A stretch of DNA of 64,000 nt from ANME-2 cluster archaeon (GTDB taxonomy: Archaea > Halobacteriota > Methanosarcinia > Methanosarcinales > Methanocomedenaceae): assembly GCA_014237145.1 (NCBI GenBank), contig JAAXOC010000110.1, forward strand, positions 25,639-89,638. Direction: 5' to 3'. Positions within the stretch are counted from its first letter, which is position 1, and each line of letters opens with the position of its first letter. A program made the position numbers and the translations under genes. Of this stretch, positions 10,959-21,384 are shown piece after piece. The notes beneath the pieces were generated by a model that did not search any database, was not told the origin of the DNA, and saw nothing but the letters and a program-made list of their open reading frames with translations.

Positions 10959-12047
10959 TCAAGACAGTACCTCTTCAAGTTTATCGTGCTTCACTGCCTT
11001 TTTGATCTCCCTGGCTATCCTGCGTCCTGTGGAAAAGTTGGGACCTATCAGGTCTGAGTAGGGTGAACCTGACATATACAGGTTGGTGCCTGCAACGATG
11101 CGTGCCGATATTTCGAAGATGCGGAATTCCAGTTCATCTGTGCACACGGTCTCAAGGCAGAACGGTCCTATCATGCCTCCGAACAGGTCAAGGGAACTTT
11201 CCACTACCTGTTCGCCCAGTTCAAATATCTTGGGCAGCAGGGACTCGCGGGCGACCAGTGGTATGTTGCCTGTTACCACGAAGGTGGGATACACACCCGC
11301 ATCCTCCAGTTCACGGGGCGAGCCCAGCCTGAATATCTCATCGGCATTGGATTCCACACGCCGGTCCATGCTCATTAGCTCAAGGGTGCCTTTGCTCAGT
11401 GTATATCCTTCGGTCGGTAAGGGGGAGTAGAAGTAATGCAGGTAGTAGCGGGTGCCCACAATGAATTCCTGGATGGTGTAGGGCTGGGATTCGTCAAGAC
11501 GCTGGTAGAACTCTGATTTGTTCTTGGCTACAAAGAAGCCACGCCCGCCTTTGGCACCGTGGTACTTGACCATGACAGGGGATTTGATATCCTTTGGGTC
11601 ATCGATCTTTTTTGGCATTGATATGCCTGCGCCTTCCAGCCAGTGGCGTTCTTTGTCTCGGTCCGATTCCCATTCAAGTACGTGCCGGTTGCCGAAGGTG
11701 GGCAGTTCCAGGTCCATGAATTTCTCGTGCCCCAGGTATTCCACAAATGAGCCGGTAGGGATGACTATAGCGTTTTTCTCTGCCAGTTCCGGGGCTTTAT
11801 CCAGGATTTCGGCATAGCTGTCCACGATTATGAATTCATCGGGTTTTGCAAGGGGAAAAGCGTCATAGAATTTAGGGGGTTTACCGATGGAGATGCCGAT
11901 GGTCTTTAAGCCTTCCTTGCGTGCGCCGTCGAATAATTGAAGGCTGGTGTGACTTGTTACTGTAGCAATGGTGAGGTTGTCCCGGTCGTATCCTGAGAGG
12001 ATCTTTGCGATGGTGGGACTCATGATCGGGTTGTTAGTTTGTGCCAT
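10959..12047 (-). CDS. purP: 5-formaminoimidazole-4-carboxamide ribonucleotide synthetase (PurP, ATP-grasp)
   Basis: 362 aa archaeal-specific ATP-grasp enzyme; TIATVTSHTSLQ N-terminal motif and length fit PurP. Confidence 0.7.
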   Translation of the reverse strand: MAQTNNPIMSPTIAKILSGYDRDNLTIATVTSHTSLQLFDGARKEGLKTIGISIGKPPKFYDAFPLAKPDEFIIVDSYAEILDKAPELAEKNAIVIPTGSFVEYLGHEKFMDLELPTFGNRHVLEWESDRDKERHWLEGAGISMPKKIDDPKDIKSPVMVKYHGAKGGRGFFVAKNKSEFYQRLDESQPYTIQEFIVGTRYYLHYFYSPLPTEGYTLSKGTLELMSMDRRVESNADEIFRLGSPRELEDAGVYPTFVVTGNIPLVARESLLPKIFELGEQVVESSLDLFGGMIGPFCLETVCTDELEFRIFEISARIVAGTNLYMSGSPYSDLIGPNFSTGRRIAREIKKAVKHDKLEEVLS

Positions 12048-12250
12048 TAAACATAATTGTTTAAGGAAGTATTTAAGGATGGGGGATATGGATTTGGAGA
12101 TTCAGCCAGGTTCACTCTATAACCTCCCTCCTGAGCAGCATATATACCAGCCTCAGCTTATTTTATACAAAAAGAAATTCAAATATTTCACGGTTAGTTT
12201 CACATAAGATTAAAAAAGTATATATTGTATGATTGTAATTTACCTTTTAG

Positions 12251-13060
12251 GTGTCTACTATGAATCGAATTTATATCGGTCTTATGATCTTATCAGTAAT
12301 TTTAATCTCAGGTTGCACATCAGGTACACAACCTGTTGATCCTGTTAATCCGGATAACATTACAGTAAACAGCATTTATATATCTATGGCAGAATACCAG
12401 GAACAGTATGTTAGTGTGACTATTGTTAATACCGCCAATGAACCCATTGATTCTGTTACAGTAACCTCGTTTGGAAATTTTAAGGTCCTTGATAGCGGGA
12501 TGTTAAATATTCCTGGAAAAACAGATGATGTTACAGTTGCATTACCGTTAGGTTTTAATATCGAGTCACCTGGTTATCAAATAGCCTCAGATACCAATGA
12601 CCTTACCATATCCTATGCTTCCGGGAGGGATGGGAAAGGAAAGCCTATAGTTCAAACAAAAACCGTTCCTGTTGAAACCATTGTGTTTCCAGATGCTGAA
12701 CTCCAGTCCGTTGGTTTTGTAAAGGATATGCAAAACCTGCTTGATTCCCCTGTGGAAAAATGGGAACTTAAAAAAGGTGAAAATGCCACAATATCCTTTT
12801 TTGTGAAGAACAATGGACAGACCACGATAGACGAAAATACCCTGGTCGTACATTACAATGTGGAAAATGAAAGAATCGGCGGCAATGACAGCTTTACTAT
12901 TCAACAGGCGATGGCAAAGGGCGGGACATCCTATACACGTGGATTATTAGTTCCTGTGATGAAGGATGCACCCAATGGCGAAACAGATGTTATTGTATCA
13001 CTTCTGTATGGAGATATTTTGATAGATACTGAAGTGCTGCTACTTAAGGTAAAACTGTGA
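12251..13060 (+). CDS. secreted lipoprotein, function unknown
   Basis: 269 aa; signal peptide with lipobox LISGC; beta-rich, no catalytic motifs. Confidence 0.5.
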   Translation: MSTMNRIYIGLMILSVILISGCTSGTQPVDPVNPDNITVNSIYISMAEYQEQYVSVTIVNTANEPIDSVTVTSFGNFKVLDSGMLNIPGKTDDVTVALPLGFNIESPGYQIASDTNDLTISYASGRDGKGKPIVQTKTVPVETIVFPDAELQSVGFVKDMQNLLDSPVEKWELKKGENATISFFVKNNGQTTIDENTLVVHYNVENERIGGNDSFTIQQAMAKGGTSYTRGLLVPVMKDAPNGETDVIVSLLYGDILIDTEVLLLKVKL

Positions 13061-13070
13061 AGTAGATATT

Positions 13071-13982
13071 ATGAGACATATGAAATTTTCAATTTTAATT
13101 TTAATATTTATCTTTATATGTCTCATTTTTAGCGGATGTCTTAGGGAATATGATGAAATCCACATAACAGATATGGATATAATGTCTGTTCCAAAAGACA
13201 TAGGGGCCGAACTGACAATTACCTCTTACATACAGAATAACCAGAACACTGATAGCGGTTCTCTTTTTTTGAAGGTCACGGTAGAAGATCCTTCCACTAA
13301 TCTCAATGTGGCTGAAAAGGAAACAGGTATCGGGTACATTAAAAGCAAATCGCAAACACACTACAGTGTATCCCTGAGTGTTCCGGAACCTGGTGAATAC
13401 TTAATAGAAGTTGAACTGCTTGAAAACGGGAATGTCCTTAGCAGTAACGGAGAATTTATAACCGTCAAAGCCGGGAAAGATGCGAAAGAACCTGCAGATA
13501 TTCTGCTTACTGATATGAACCTGGTGATCAAACAATATGTGGACGGTGTATCGAAAGTTGTAGTGGATGTTTCCCCTGGCATATATAACCAGGGAGGGGA
13601 TTCCGGACCTCTCACTATGGAGGTCAGGGCAATGGTCGATCCTTATTCTGTTTATACAAAGAGCGATGAAATGGGTATGATCCAGGGTTCCGGCCGGGTC
13701 AGAGGCAATGTCCAATTTATCCTTCCGAAAAATAGTGAGTATTCATTTTCCATAAATATAGAAGAAAATGGAAAAACAGTTGTCAGTGGGAACGTTGATG
13801 AGAAAATAAGACTTAATGAAATAATGTTCAATACTCCCATGACCTACAGAATCGTCGAGGAAGGCAAAGCACCTGTGCCCACTCCGGCAGATGCAGAAAC
13901 TCCGGGATTCCATGGATCAACTGCAATTTTGTGTCTTTTACTGGTATTCAGCACAATAGTCATGAGTCGAAATAAAAATTAA
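13071..13982 (+). CDS. cell-surface protein with PGF-CTERM sorting signal (archaeosortase A target)
   Basis: 303 aa; signal peptide plus FSGC lipobox; C-terminus PGFHGSTAILCLLLVFSTIVMSRNKN matches PGF-CTERM architecture. Confidence 0.6.
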   Translation: MRHMKFSILILIFIFICLIFSGCLREYDEIHITDMDIMSVPKDIGAELTITSYIQNNQNTDSGSLFLKVTVEDPSTNLNVAEKETGIGYIKSKSQTHYSVSLSVPEPGEYLIEVELLENGNVLSSNGEFITVKAGKDAKEPADILLTDMNLVIKQYVDGVSKVVVDVSPGIYNQGGDSGPLTMEVRAMVDPYSVYTKSDEMGMIQGSGRVRGNVQFILPKNSEYSFSINIEENGKTVVSGNVDEKIRLNEIMFNTPMTYRIVEEGKAPVPTPADAETPGFHGSTAILCLLLVFSTIVMSRNKN

Positions 13983-14100
13983 AATCTTCATAAACAAATT
14001 TCTGAGATACTTTTTACTTCCTTAATTTGAAAGGCTCAATACATCGTTTACACTTTTTCAAGTGCTTAATAATTATACGAATCCATAAATGTTCTGAATA

Positions 14101-14289
14101 TTAGAACATCTCGATTCCTCTCAGGTCTATTTCAATTCCAAGCGACTCAGAAGCTTTTTTCAATCCAGCATAGCATGCTTTTATGTCCAGTGTTTCGGGA
14201 AAAGCAGTCTCGCCTAATAGAACTATTCCTTTTATTCCCATATGCTGTGCATATTCGATAACCAGACCATTAACTCCGCCTATTTGCAT
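14101..14289 (-). CDS. small hypothetical protein
   Basis: 62 aa ORF in a 240-bp gap; no recognisable family. Confidence 0.3.
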   Translation of the reverse strand: MQIGGVNGLVIEYAQHMGIKGIVLLGETAFPETLDIKACYAGLKKASESLGIEIDLRGIEMF

Positions 14290-14337
14290 ACTGGTGTCTG
14301 CTATTTTGAGAGCGTGGCCATAACTGCAAAACAGCTT

Positions 14338-15339
14338 CTACTGCACTGACCTGATATATTCCACAATTGCTTTTGCTATATCATTTGTGGATGCCGAACC
14401 GCCCAGGTCAGCAGTTCTTAAACCTTTATGAAGTACATCATCAACTGCTGACTGCACAAGTCCAGCTTTTTCAAATTCCCCTGCCCATTCCAGCATCATT
14501 TTTACACTCAGGATGGCTGCCAGTGGATTGGCTATACCCTTGCCTGCAATGTCGGGTGCCGAGCCATGTACAGGCTCAAACAGGGCATACTTATCACCAA
14601 TATTTGCACTGGGGCACAGGCCGAGACTGCCCACCAGTGCAGCGCAAAGATCACTGAGTATATCCCCGAACAGGTTGGTGGTTACTACCACGTCATATCT
14701 TTCAGGGTTAAGGACCAGGCTGTAAGCCATGGCATCCACCAGCATCTCATTATAGCATACACTGTTCTCATTGGCCACTTCAATACAAAGCTCCCTGAAA
14801 AAGCCGCATGATTTCAGTATATTTGCCTTGTGGACGATGGTTATACTATTCCCTCTCCCCTTTGCCAGCTTGCATGCAGTCTTTGCAATACGAAGGCATC
14901 CCTTCCTGGTTACCACACGGGTACTGCAGGCCCTGTTCTGGGTCACATCTTCTATGCCTGCGTAAAGTCCTTCGGTATTCTCCCTGACAATAATGATATC
15001 AAATGGTTCCAGGGGGTGGTAGGGAATGTCCATGGTAATACCCAACGGCCTGAAAGGCCTGATATTGGCATACAGGTCAAGTTCCTGCCTGATACGCAGC
15101 AGGACACTCTGGTAATTTGGGTCATTTGGTGTGGTAATTGCACCGAACAAGATGCAGTCGCAGCTGCGCATTAATTCCAGGTCAGCATCATCCATTGCCA
15201 GGCCGGTGCGCTCCCATTTACCAGATCCAACTTCTACAGGTACCGATTCAAAATCCAGGTTCACAGCGTTCAATACATCGACAGCAGCAGGAATTACTTC
15301 CTTTCCTATACCGTCGCCCTCAATCACTGCTATTTTCAT
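14338..15339 (-). CDS. 3-isopropylmalate/homoisocitrate dehydrogenase family (beta-decarboxylating dehydrogenase)
   Basis: 333 aa; [16 protein letters not shown]-terminus and conserved IDH/IPMDH core; LeuB versus AksF cannot be resolved from sequence alone. Confidence 0.85.
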   Translation of the reverse strand: MKIAVIEGDGIGKEVIPAAVDVLNAVNLDFESVPVEVGSGKWERTGLAMDDADLELMRSCDCILFGAITTPNDPNYQSVLLRIRQELDLYANIRPFRPLGITMDIPYHPLEPFDIIIVRENTEGLYAGIEDVTQNRACSTRVVTRKGCLRIAKTACKLAKGRGNSITIVHKANILKSCGFFRELCIEVANENSVCYNEMLVDAMAYSLVLNPERYDVVVTTNLFGDILSDLCAALVGSLGLCPSANIGDKYALFEPVHGSAPDIAGKGIANPLAAILSVKMMLEWAGEFEKAGLVQSAVDDVLHKGLRTADLGGSASTNDIAKAIVEYIRSVQ

Positions 15340-16193
15340 AGGTCCTCGTCCAGTCTACTTACCAGCAGTCGTATGGCATCCACAATATCATATTCTGATG
15401 CCCCCCAGTGGACTACCACACCATCATGGCCGTTGATATTGATAAGTCCGGTCTTTTTTGTCTGGCAGCATCTTGTAATAAAAGGTTTTGAAGGTTTGAC
15501 AAATTCAGTCCTAAGTGGACACATGTTGATCTGTTTGTATGTATAATCAGGGAACCGCAGTTCAAATAGCTCCCTGGATATATCGCAGCCCACCAATAAC
15601 GAACCGTCTTCAATATCATCGTCGGAGTCAAGGTACTTGCCGTTTAATTCAGATGCATTACAGGGGTACACTATTTTATCCCCTTCGAACTGCCGTATAT
15701 CAATGAATGTTCTTTCAAAGACAATATTCAATTCACCCAGGATGCCACTATCTACAAGACGCTGGATGGCAAATGACAACCATGGGGGTTCGGGCGGGAT
15801 GAGATCGATGATCTCGATCTTTATGACATCCAGCATCGTGGGTTTGTGTACAAAAGTTATGTGTTTGTCCCTGCCTGTGAAGATCACTGTGTTCACCGGA
15901 CCTTTACAATCCTCAATTGCAAGTAGTATCAATTTGGTCCTGTTATGGGCATCATGCTCGGCCTTGTGTAGTATTACCTCTTTACCTTCTGCAATAATCT
16001 CCAGCTTTATGGGTTTTGTGAGCAGGGTTTCTGTCGGTTCGGTTTCTACCTTTATTATCTTGATATTCCCGTCAGGTAGATAAGCGACCATGTATTTTGT
16101 TGCAAAATAGATTGGAGCCTTTTTTTTCAATTTCTCGATGGGGTCCTCATATGAGATGCCTACCACCTTGTAATCTTCCGGAAATACCATCAT
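15336..16193 (-). CDS. conserved hypothetical protein
   Basis: 285 aa ORF overlapping neighbours by 4 nt; no identifiable domain. Confidence 0.5.
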   Translation of the reverse strand: MMVFPEDYKVVGISYEDPIEKLKKKAPIYFATKYMVAYLPDGNIKIIKVETEPTETLLTKPIKLEIIAEGKEVILHKAEHDAHNRTKLILLAIEDCKGPVNTVIFTGRDKHITFVHKPTMLDVIKIEIIDLIPPEPPWLSFAIQRLVDSGILGELNIVFERTFIDIRQFEGDKIVYPCNASELNGKYLDSDDDIEDGSLLVGCDISRELFELRFPDYTYKQINMCPLRTEFVKPSKPFITRCCQTKKTGLININGHDGVVVHWGASEYDIVDAIRLLVSRLDEDL

Positions 16194-16208
16194 TGTACTT
16201 TTCCGCCC

Positions 16209-16721
16209 TCAATTCTTTGCATGTTTTTTCCTGTGTGCGACAAGGCCGCCGTCAGATAGTATCTCTTGCAGGAAATCAGGAAGTTTTGTGCCTCTATAAT
16301 CCTTCCCATTGCACTGAACCCTGCCCTGCCCCAGATCGACGGTGCATATATCACCCTGCTCGCACCTGACATCTGCCTCGATAATTGGGAGGCCTACATT
16401 TATGGCATTCCTGAAAAATATCCTGGCAAACGACCTGGCCACTACACATGATATGCCGGCATATTTCAAAGCTAGGGGAGCCTGTTCCCGCGAAGAACCA
16501 CACCCGAAATTCTCACCCGCAACTATGATGTCACCGGGACTTACTTTTTTTGAAAAATCAGGGTCAATGCCTTCCATGGCATGTTCTGCAAATACCTTCA
16601 TATCTGTGGTGCGCAGGTATTTCCCTGGGATTATCACATCAGTATCGATGTGGTCGGCAAATTTCCATACTTTGCCGGAAATATTAGGGTTCATTGAATC
16701 ACTGATGCCGATATTATACAT
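16209..16721 (-). CDS. 3-isopropylmalate/homoaconitate dehydratase small subunit (LeuD-like)
   Basis: 170 aa aconitase swivel domain ([14 protein letters not shown]). Confidence 0.85.
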   Translation of the reverse strand: MYNIGISDSMNPNISGKVWKFADHIDTDVIIPGKYLRTTDMKVFAEHAMEGIDPDFSKKVSPGDIIVAGENFGCGSSREQAPLALKYAGISCVVARSFARIFFRNAINVGLPIIEADVRCEQGDICTVDLGQGRVQCNGKDYRGTKLPDFLQEILSDGGLVAHRKKHAKN

Positions 16722-16826
16722 ACAGTATATATATTTTTGTACTTATGTGCCAGAGGTAATTATAGTCAAGATCATAATATTTAATACTAATGTCTTGACA
16801 TTTTGATCTTCAGATAATTTTAATTT

Positions 16827-16891
16827 AACCACAGAGAACACAGAGCTTGTATCTGATTTCACTCTCTGTACCCTCTGTGCTCTCTGTGGTT
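16827..16891. repeat. short palindromic CACAGAG-type intergenic repeat, copy 1
   Basis: aaccacagagaacacagagc...gtgctctctgtggtt; terminal inverted repeats AACCACAGAG/CTCTGTGGTT; near-identical ends and internal ctctgtRccctctgtg shared with copy at 25010-25077. Confidence 0.7.
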
Positions 16892-16997
16892 TATTGCTTA
16901 TCACTTGTTGGAATTTGAATTTTATTAGTCAATATTGTTTGGCTTCTAACTATACATAATGTATTTTCGTAATACATGCCCCTTATCCATTTCGTCC

Positions 16998-17414
16998 TCA
17001 TTTACCTGTCACCTGGACTACCAGTTTCCTTGAACGTGATCTGTTATCCATATCAATAAATATGATCTGCTGCCATGTTCCAAGTGTCATCTTCCCGTCC
17101 ACGAAAGGAACGGTGAGGCTGGGGCCCATCAGTGATGCCCTTACGTGAGAATGACCGTTGCCGTCCCCCCATTTGAGGTTATGTGCATATTCCAGTCCCT
17201 TGGGCGCGATCCTCTCAAGTGCATCCTGCAGGTCATTTACCAGGCCCGATTCATATTCAATGGTGGTCATCGCACCAGTGGCGCCCGGCACGAATATCAA
17301 TACTGAACCATTGTTCAGCCCTGAATTTCTGATCTTCTGCTGCACCTGCTGGGTGATATCGATGATATCTGAGTGACCCTTGGTATCGAATGTTATATAT
17401 TCTGTAATGATTTC
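16998..17414 (-). CDS. YjbQ/UPF0047 family protein (secondary thiamine-phosphate synthase-like)
   Basis: ORF track gives 16998..17474; a likely start is the internal Met (MEIITEYITFDTKGHSDIIDIT...); conserved GHSHVRASL motif. Confidence 0.75.
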   Translation of the reverse strand, partial: EIITEYITFDTKGHSDIIDITQQVQQKIRNSGLNNGSVLIFVPGATGAMTTIEYESGLVNDLQDALERIAPKGLEYAHNLKWGDGNGHSHVRASLMGPSLTVPFVDGKMTLGTWQQIIFIDMDNRSRSRKLVVQVTGK

Positions 17415-17526
17415 CATGACAATCACTGTGAAATATATAGATTGTACGACTATATAAATATCACAAATATTCACAACACGTTAAATTTGGAGGTACCTGA
17501 CCATTGACACACTGACCATTAACACA

Positions 17527-19191
17527 ATGATCATCGACGGATACGTAGACGAGCCCGCATGTTTAGGCGTCCCCCCGTACATCTCACCCTACCCGAGATA
17601 CATTGCCGGCGCCATGATCGACCAGGGCATCCCCCAGGCACATATCCATTACATAACCATAGACCAGATACGCAAAGGCCAGGGCCATGACATGCTCAAT
17701 GCCGCCGGATTAATGGTCATTATCGCAGGCATGACCGTGCCCGGAAAGTACCTGCGGGGAACCCCTATCAACCTATCCGAGATCAGCGATATAACCAGGG
17801 CAGCAGCTGGCACTCCCGTCATACTCGGCGGCCCGATCAGGCTGGGATACGGCAGTCAGGGCGGCATGCGGGCATCAGGCTTCGAACTTGCCGGGCTGAC
17901 CCTGGCACAGTCAGATATCGAGGCTTTCGTCTATGACATGCTCGCTCCGGTGGGGGGATTGAAAGACCCGGATTCAGTAGACCACAGGGAGCGCACCACA
18001 CAGGAGATTGCACGGTGGGGAGTCAAAGGTGCATTCATGATCAGGCAGCATCCGGACTACCCCAATGTTATGTGTGAACTAGAGACCTACAGGGGATGCG
18101 CCCGGCCAGAACACTGCTCCTTTTGCACCGAACCCTTCTATGGTGAACCTAATTTCAGGGACATCAAGGATGTAGTATCCGAGGTTGGGGCACTGTACCA
18201 TCACGGAGCCAGGTATTTCAGGATAGGCAGGCAGCCAGACCTGTTCTCCTATCATGCAAGGGACTGGGGCGGGGAACTGCTTGTACCAGACCCGGATGCC
18301 ATCGAGCAGCTGTACAGGGGTATCCGTAATTCTGCGCCGGGACTGAAAGTCCTGCATATGGACAATGCAAATCCCGGTACCATTGCCGCCTATCCTGTGG
18401 AATCAGAACAGATCGCCCGGATTATCGTGAAATACCACACATCCGGGGATGTGGCGGCCATGGGTATGGAATCTGCCGACCCTGCTGTGGTCAGGGCAAA
18501 CTGCCTGAAGGCCATGCCTGAGGATGTGCTGGAAGCAATCAAGCTGGTCAACCGGGTAGGGGACCGGCGTGGTGATAACGGCCTGCCCGAACTACTGCCG
18601 GGCCTGAATATCATCCACGGATTAAAGGGTGAGAATAAAGAGACCTTCGACCATAACTTCCGGTTCCTTAAGATGCTGCTGGATAGCGGTCTTATGGTCA
18701 GGAGGATCAATATCAGGCAGGTCATGGCATTTCCCGGCACTTCCATGTGGCAGGATGAAGGAACAGGCAAATATCATGACCTGTTTATGAGATCCAAGGA
18801 CAAGGTCCGCAAGGAGATAGACCTGCCCATGCTTGAGCGATTAGTACCTGTAGGAACAGTGCTTAAGAAAGTTATGTGCGAGGTGCATGACGGCATCACC
18901 TTTGGCAGGCAGATGGCATCATATCCCCTGCTGGTGGGTATACCTGACAGGCTGCCACTCGGCAAGTTCATTGATGTTACAGTTACCGGTCACGGTCACC
19001 GGTCAATAACCGCAATACCGTATCCACTTGACATCAACAGTGCAGGGGCCAAGCTCATAAGCCAGCTTCCGGGTGTGGGGAAAAAACGTACCAGGAATAT
19101 TATCAGGGGAAGACCTTACTGGGATGAGGACGATCTTGCCGAGAAGCTGGGAGATGTAGAAGGAATTCTGCCGTTTATTAAAATAGAATAA
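17527..19191 (+). CDS. radical SAM domain protein with C-terminal helix-hairpin-helix motif
   Basis: 554 aa; cysteine cluster RGCARPEHCSFC and radical SAM core; C-terminal LISQLPGVGKKRTRNII HhH-like motif. Confidence 0.7.
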   Translation: MIIDGYVDEPACLGVPPYISPYPRYIAGAMIDQGIPQAHIHYITIDQIRKGQGHDMLNAAGLMVIIAGMTVPGKYLRGTPINLSEISDITRAAAGTPVILGGPIRLGYGSQGGMRASGFELAGLTLAQSDIEAFVYDMLAPVGGLKDPDSVDHRERTTQEIARWGVKGAFMIRQHPDYPNVMCELETYRGCARPEHCSFCTEPFYGEPNFRDIKDVVSEVGALYHHGARYFRIGRQPDLFSYHARDWGGELLVPDPDAIEQLYRGIRNSAPGLKVLHMDNANPGTIAAYPVESEQIARIIVKYHTSGDVAAMGMESADPAVVRANCLKAMPEDVLEAIKLVNRVGDRRGDNGLPELLPGLNIIHGLKGENKETFDHNFRFLKMLLDSGLMVRRINIRQVMAFPGTSMWQDEGTGKYHDLFMRSKDKVRKEIDLPMLERLVPVGTVLKKVMCEVHDGITFGRQMASYPLLVGIPDRLPLGKFIDVTVTGHGHRSITAIPYPLDINSAGAKLISQLPGVGKKRTRNIIRGRPYWDEDDLAEKLGDVEGILPFIKIE

Positions 19192-19283
19192 GAATACCCA
19201 CCCCTCCAATACACCCTATATTGTCCATCCTCTGGATGTTGCCTCCACCCTCATGAAGAATAATGCACCAAAATAATGCACCA

Positions 19284-19412
19284 GAACATGTGGTTATCGC
19301 GGGATTGATGCATGATGTTATAGAAGATGAGGATTACACACTCCCCGATATTAAAGATGAGTTAGGGGTTGAGGTGGCGACCCTGATAGATGTGGTTTTT
19401 GAGCCGGAATAA
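19284..19412 (+). pseudogene. remnant of an HD-domain (RelA/SpoT-like ppGpp hydrolase-type) gene
   Basis: Frame translates to EHVVIAGLMHDVIEDEDYTLPDIKDELGVEVATLIDVVFEPE*, the conserved HD motif segment only; preceded by in-frame stops. Confidence 0.35.
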
Positions 19413-19689
19413 CTGATAAATGCGGACGTGGGAATAAGTAATACCTGGAATGAGTGCAAGGCACATAGCATTGACTTTATCGATAGGCTGGGAGATGGTG
19501 TGTGGGATATATTCAATGCATTAAAGGACTCGGTTGCATGGTATTACATTTCTATGCTGGATGCATTTGGTAATGGGGTTGAAGGGATTCGTGATATGCC
19601 TGCGTTTAAGGAGTTCGAGAAATCACCACTATTTTGCATCAGCTCGCACCGTCCCGGTTACTATATATCGATTTTTTGGCATTTCCTGT

Positions 19690-21381
19690 TTACTGTAACT
19701 TCTCCCCGCATTCCATGCAGAACTTCTCCCCTTCCTCCACAGCCCTGCCGCAATTTGGACAAGTGCGCCCACCTGCATCCATACCGGTCTCAATGTTCGA
19801 GCGCTGGACAACACTGTCTTTTATGGTAGTACTCCTGATATTATATTGAGTAATACTATCGTCCACAAATATCTTAATATCAGTCCTCTTTTCGATCTCC
19901 TCAAGCATCTTATGGTAAAAACCAATCAGTGCCTCCTGCTTTTCTGCCCATGCCTTGAGGATAAGCCGTGACTTGCGCTTACCCACTACCTCAACATAAG
20001 CAGCATACTGCAATCCGGTCGCCCCTTTTGCATAGAATCTGGCAACACCTGTGAATAACTGGGGGGTTGAAGTTGTCTCAGGTTGTAGCATGAACAGGTT
20101 CATGTCCTTGAGCACTCTTGTTGATATATCGAACAGGTTTTCGGCAGGTATCTCCAGATCCTTTGAATCCTCTTCAGCTATGATCATTTTATTGACTGCC
20201 TCCCTCCATGCTTTCTCATCAGTCTCTTTTCTGGTGAGAACGGGACACACAATACTGACCATTTTATTCTCCATATCCATCTTGATTCGTTTCTTTGTGC
20301 TGTAATCGTAATAATCGATGCTGCCTGAGACTATGCAATCACCGCATTCGCCTGTTGGCCTGATCTCAAAGGTAACGGTCTTCCCCTCACCTGATTCAAG
20401 CATTGAGATGGATTTTTTCCTATCTTTCATAAAGAAAACATCAGGGACAAATAATGTAAATTTAATATCCCCGATAGGTTCAGGACCGTGGTTTTCCACC
20501 TTAACCTTATAATGGATTACAGCGCCCGGGTATTCAAAAGCTGATTTAACTTCAATAGGCTCTTCCCCTGACTTGAGTTGTGATGCTGGTGGTGCCGGCG
20601 GTTGGGAGGCGGCCGGCAGCGGCTCCGATTTGGACGCTGTTTTCCTGGATTTTTTCTTCCGCAATAAAAGTACCAGAATGAGCAGGAAGAATAATGGTAC
20701 CAGTATAATGGTTGCCAGAAAGATCAAACTCAAGATGGTAACAAAAAAATCTTCATCCCCGTTATCCACATAATAATCGTCACTGATAGCAGTTTCACCT
20801 ACTGTTGTCAGGTACTTTGTATAGTATGTGGTCTCCCCTGCATACACATAGATATCTTCTGTAATAGTGTAGAAGCCGTCCTTTACCAGTTCTACTTCAT
20901 AGTAACCTTCATTCAAGTTATCAATCCACAAATAGCCGGTGTTTACACCCTGATATTCACCGTCCAGGTACACATCCACATAAGCAGGGTCTGTATAAAT
21001 GGAAATAGTACCGTAGTTGATCGGTATGACATACTGGTGAACATTGGAGATCTTAACAACATTACCTGAAATGCCTGTGAATATATTCTCGATATCAAAA
21101 CTGAGGGTTAAATAACTGTCATCATAATAAAACTCAGACTCCAGATTGTAAGTCTGATATAGAACCTCTCCGCTGTTTGTTTTTAAAGAAAAAGTAACCT
21201 CACCATAATATGTATCGATATCCACCACATTCAGGTAATACCCCTGGGCGATCTCGATTGAATCCCCTTCATAAAGCATGTAAATGCTGTCTTGCCCGCT
21301 GGCTTGACTGAGAAAAATAAGGGACAAAATGAGTATTGCAATTGAAATTAATTTATGAGTTTGTATCAGCATTTTCAACAC
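19690..21381 (-). CDS. single-pass membrane protein: signal peptide + extracellular PEGA-like domain + TM + cytoplasmic conserved module + C-terminal zinc ribbon
   Basis: 563 aa; PEGA-like YVDVYLDGEYQGVNTGY...GYYEVELVKDGFY; TM ILSLIFLATIILVPLFFLLILVLLLRKKK; cytoplasmic ~150-aa domain (SIVCPVLTRKE...PQLFTGVARFYAKGATGLQYAAYVEVVGKRKSRLILKAWAEK...) shared with 26096..26692 and 28141..31173; ends VVQRSNIETG...CPNCGRAVEEGEKFCMECGEKLQ. Confidence 0.7.
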   Translation of the reverse strand: MLKMLIQTHKLISIAILILSLIFLSQASGQDSIYMLYEGDSIEIAQGYYLNVVDIDTYYGEVTFSLKTNSGEVLYQTYNLESEFYYDDSYLTLSFDIENIFTGISGNVVKISNVHQYVIPINYGTISIYTDPAYVDVYLDGEYQGVNTGYLWIDNLNEGYYEVELVKDGFYTITEDIYVYAGETTYYTKYLTTVGETAISDDYYVDNGDEDFFVTILSLIFLATIILVPLFFLLILVLLLRKKKSRKTASKSEPLPAASQPPAPPASQLKSGEEPIEVKSAFEYPGAVIHYKVKVENHGPEPIGDIKFTLFVPDVFFMKDRKKSISMLESGEGKTVTFEIRPTGECGDCIVSGSIDYYDYSTKKRIKMDMENKMVSIVCPVLTRKETDEKAWREAVNKMIIAEEDSKDLEIPAENLFDISTRVLKDMNLFMLQPETTSTPQLFTGVARFYAKGATGLQYAAYVEVVGKRKSRLILKAWAEKQEALIGFYHKMLEEIEKRTDIKIFVDDSITQYNIRSTTIKDSVVQRSNIETGMDAGGRTCPNCGRAVEEGEKFCMECGEKLQ

Positions 21382-21384
21382 ATA

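Noticed and set aside
19428-19829. 133-aa plus-strand ORF overlapping the 3' end of the PEGA-zinc-ribbon gene
   Set aside because: It overlaps a well-supported gene on the opposite strand, and its C-terminal half is low complexity. At most its first ~60 codons could belong to the decayed HD-domain gene.
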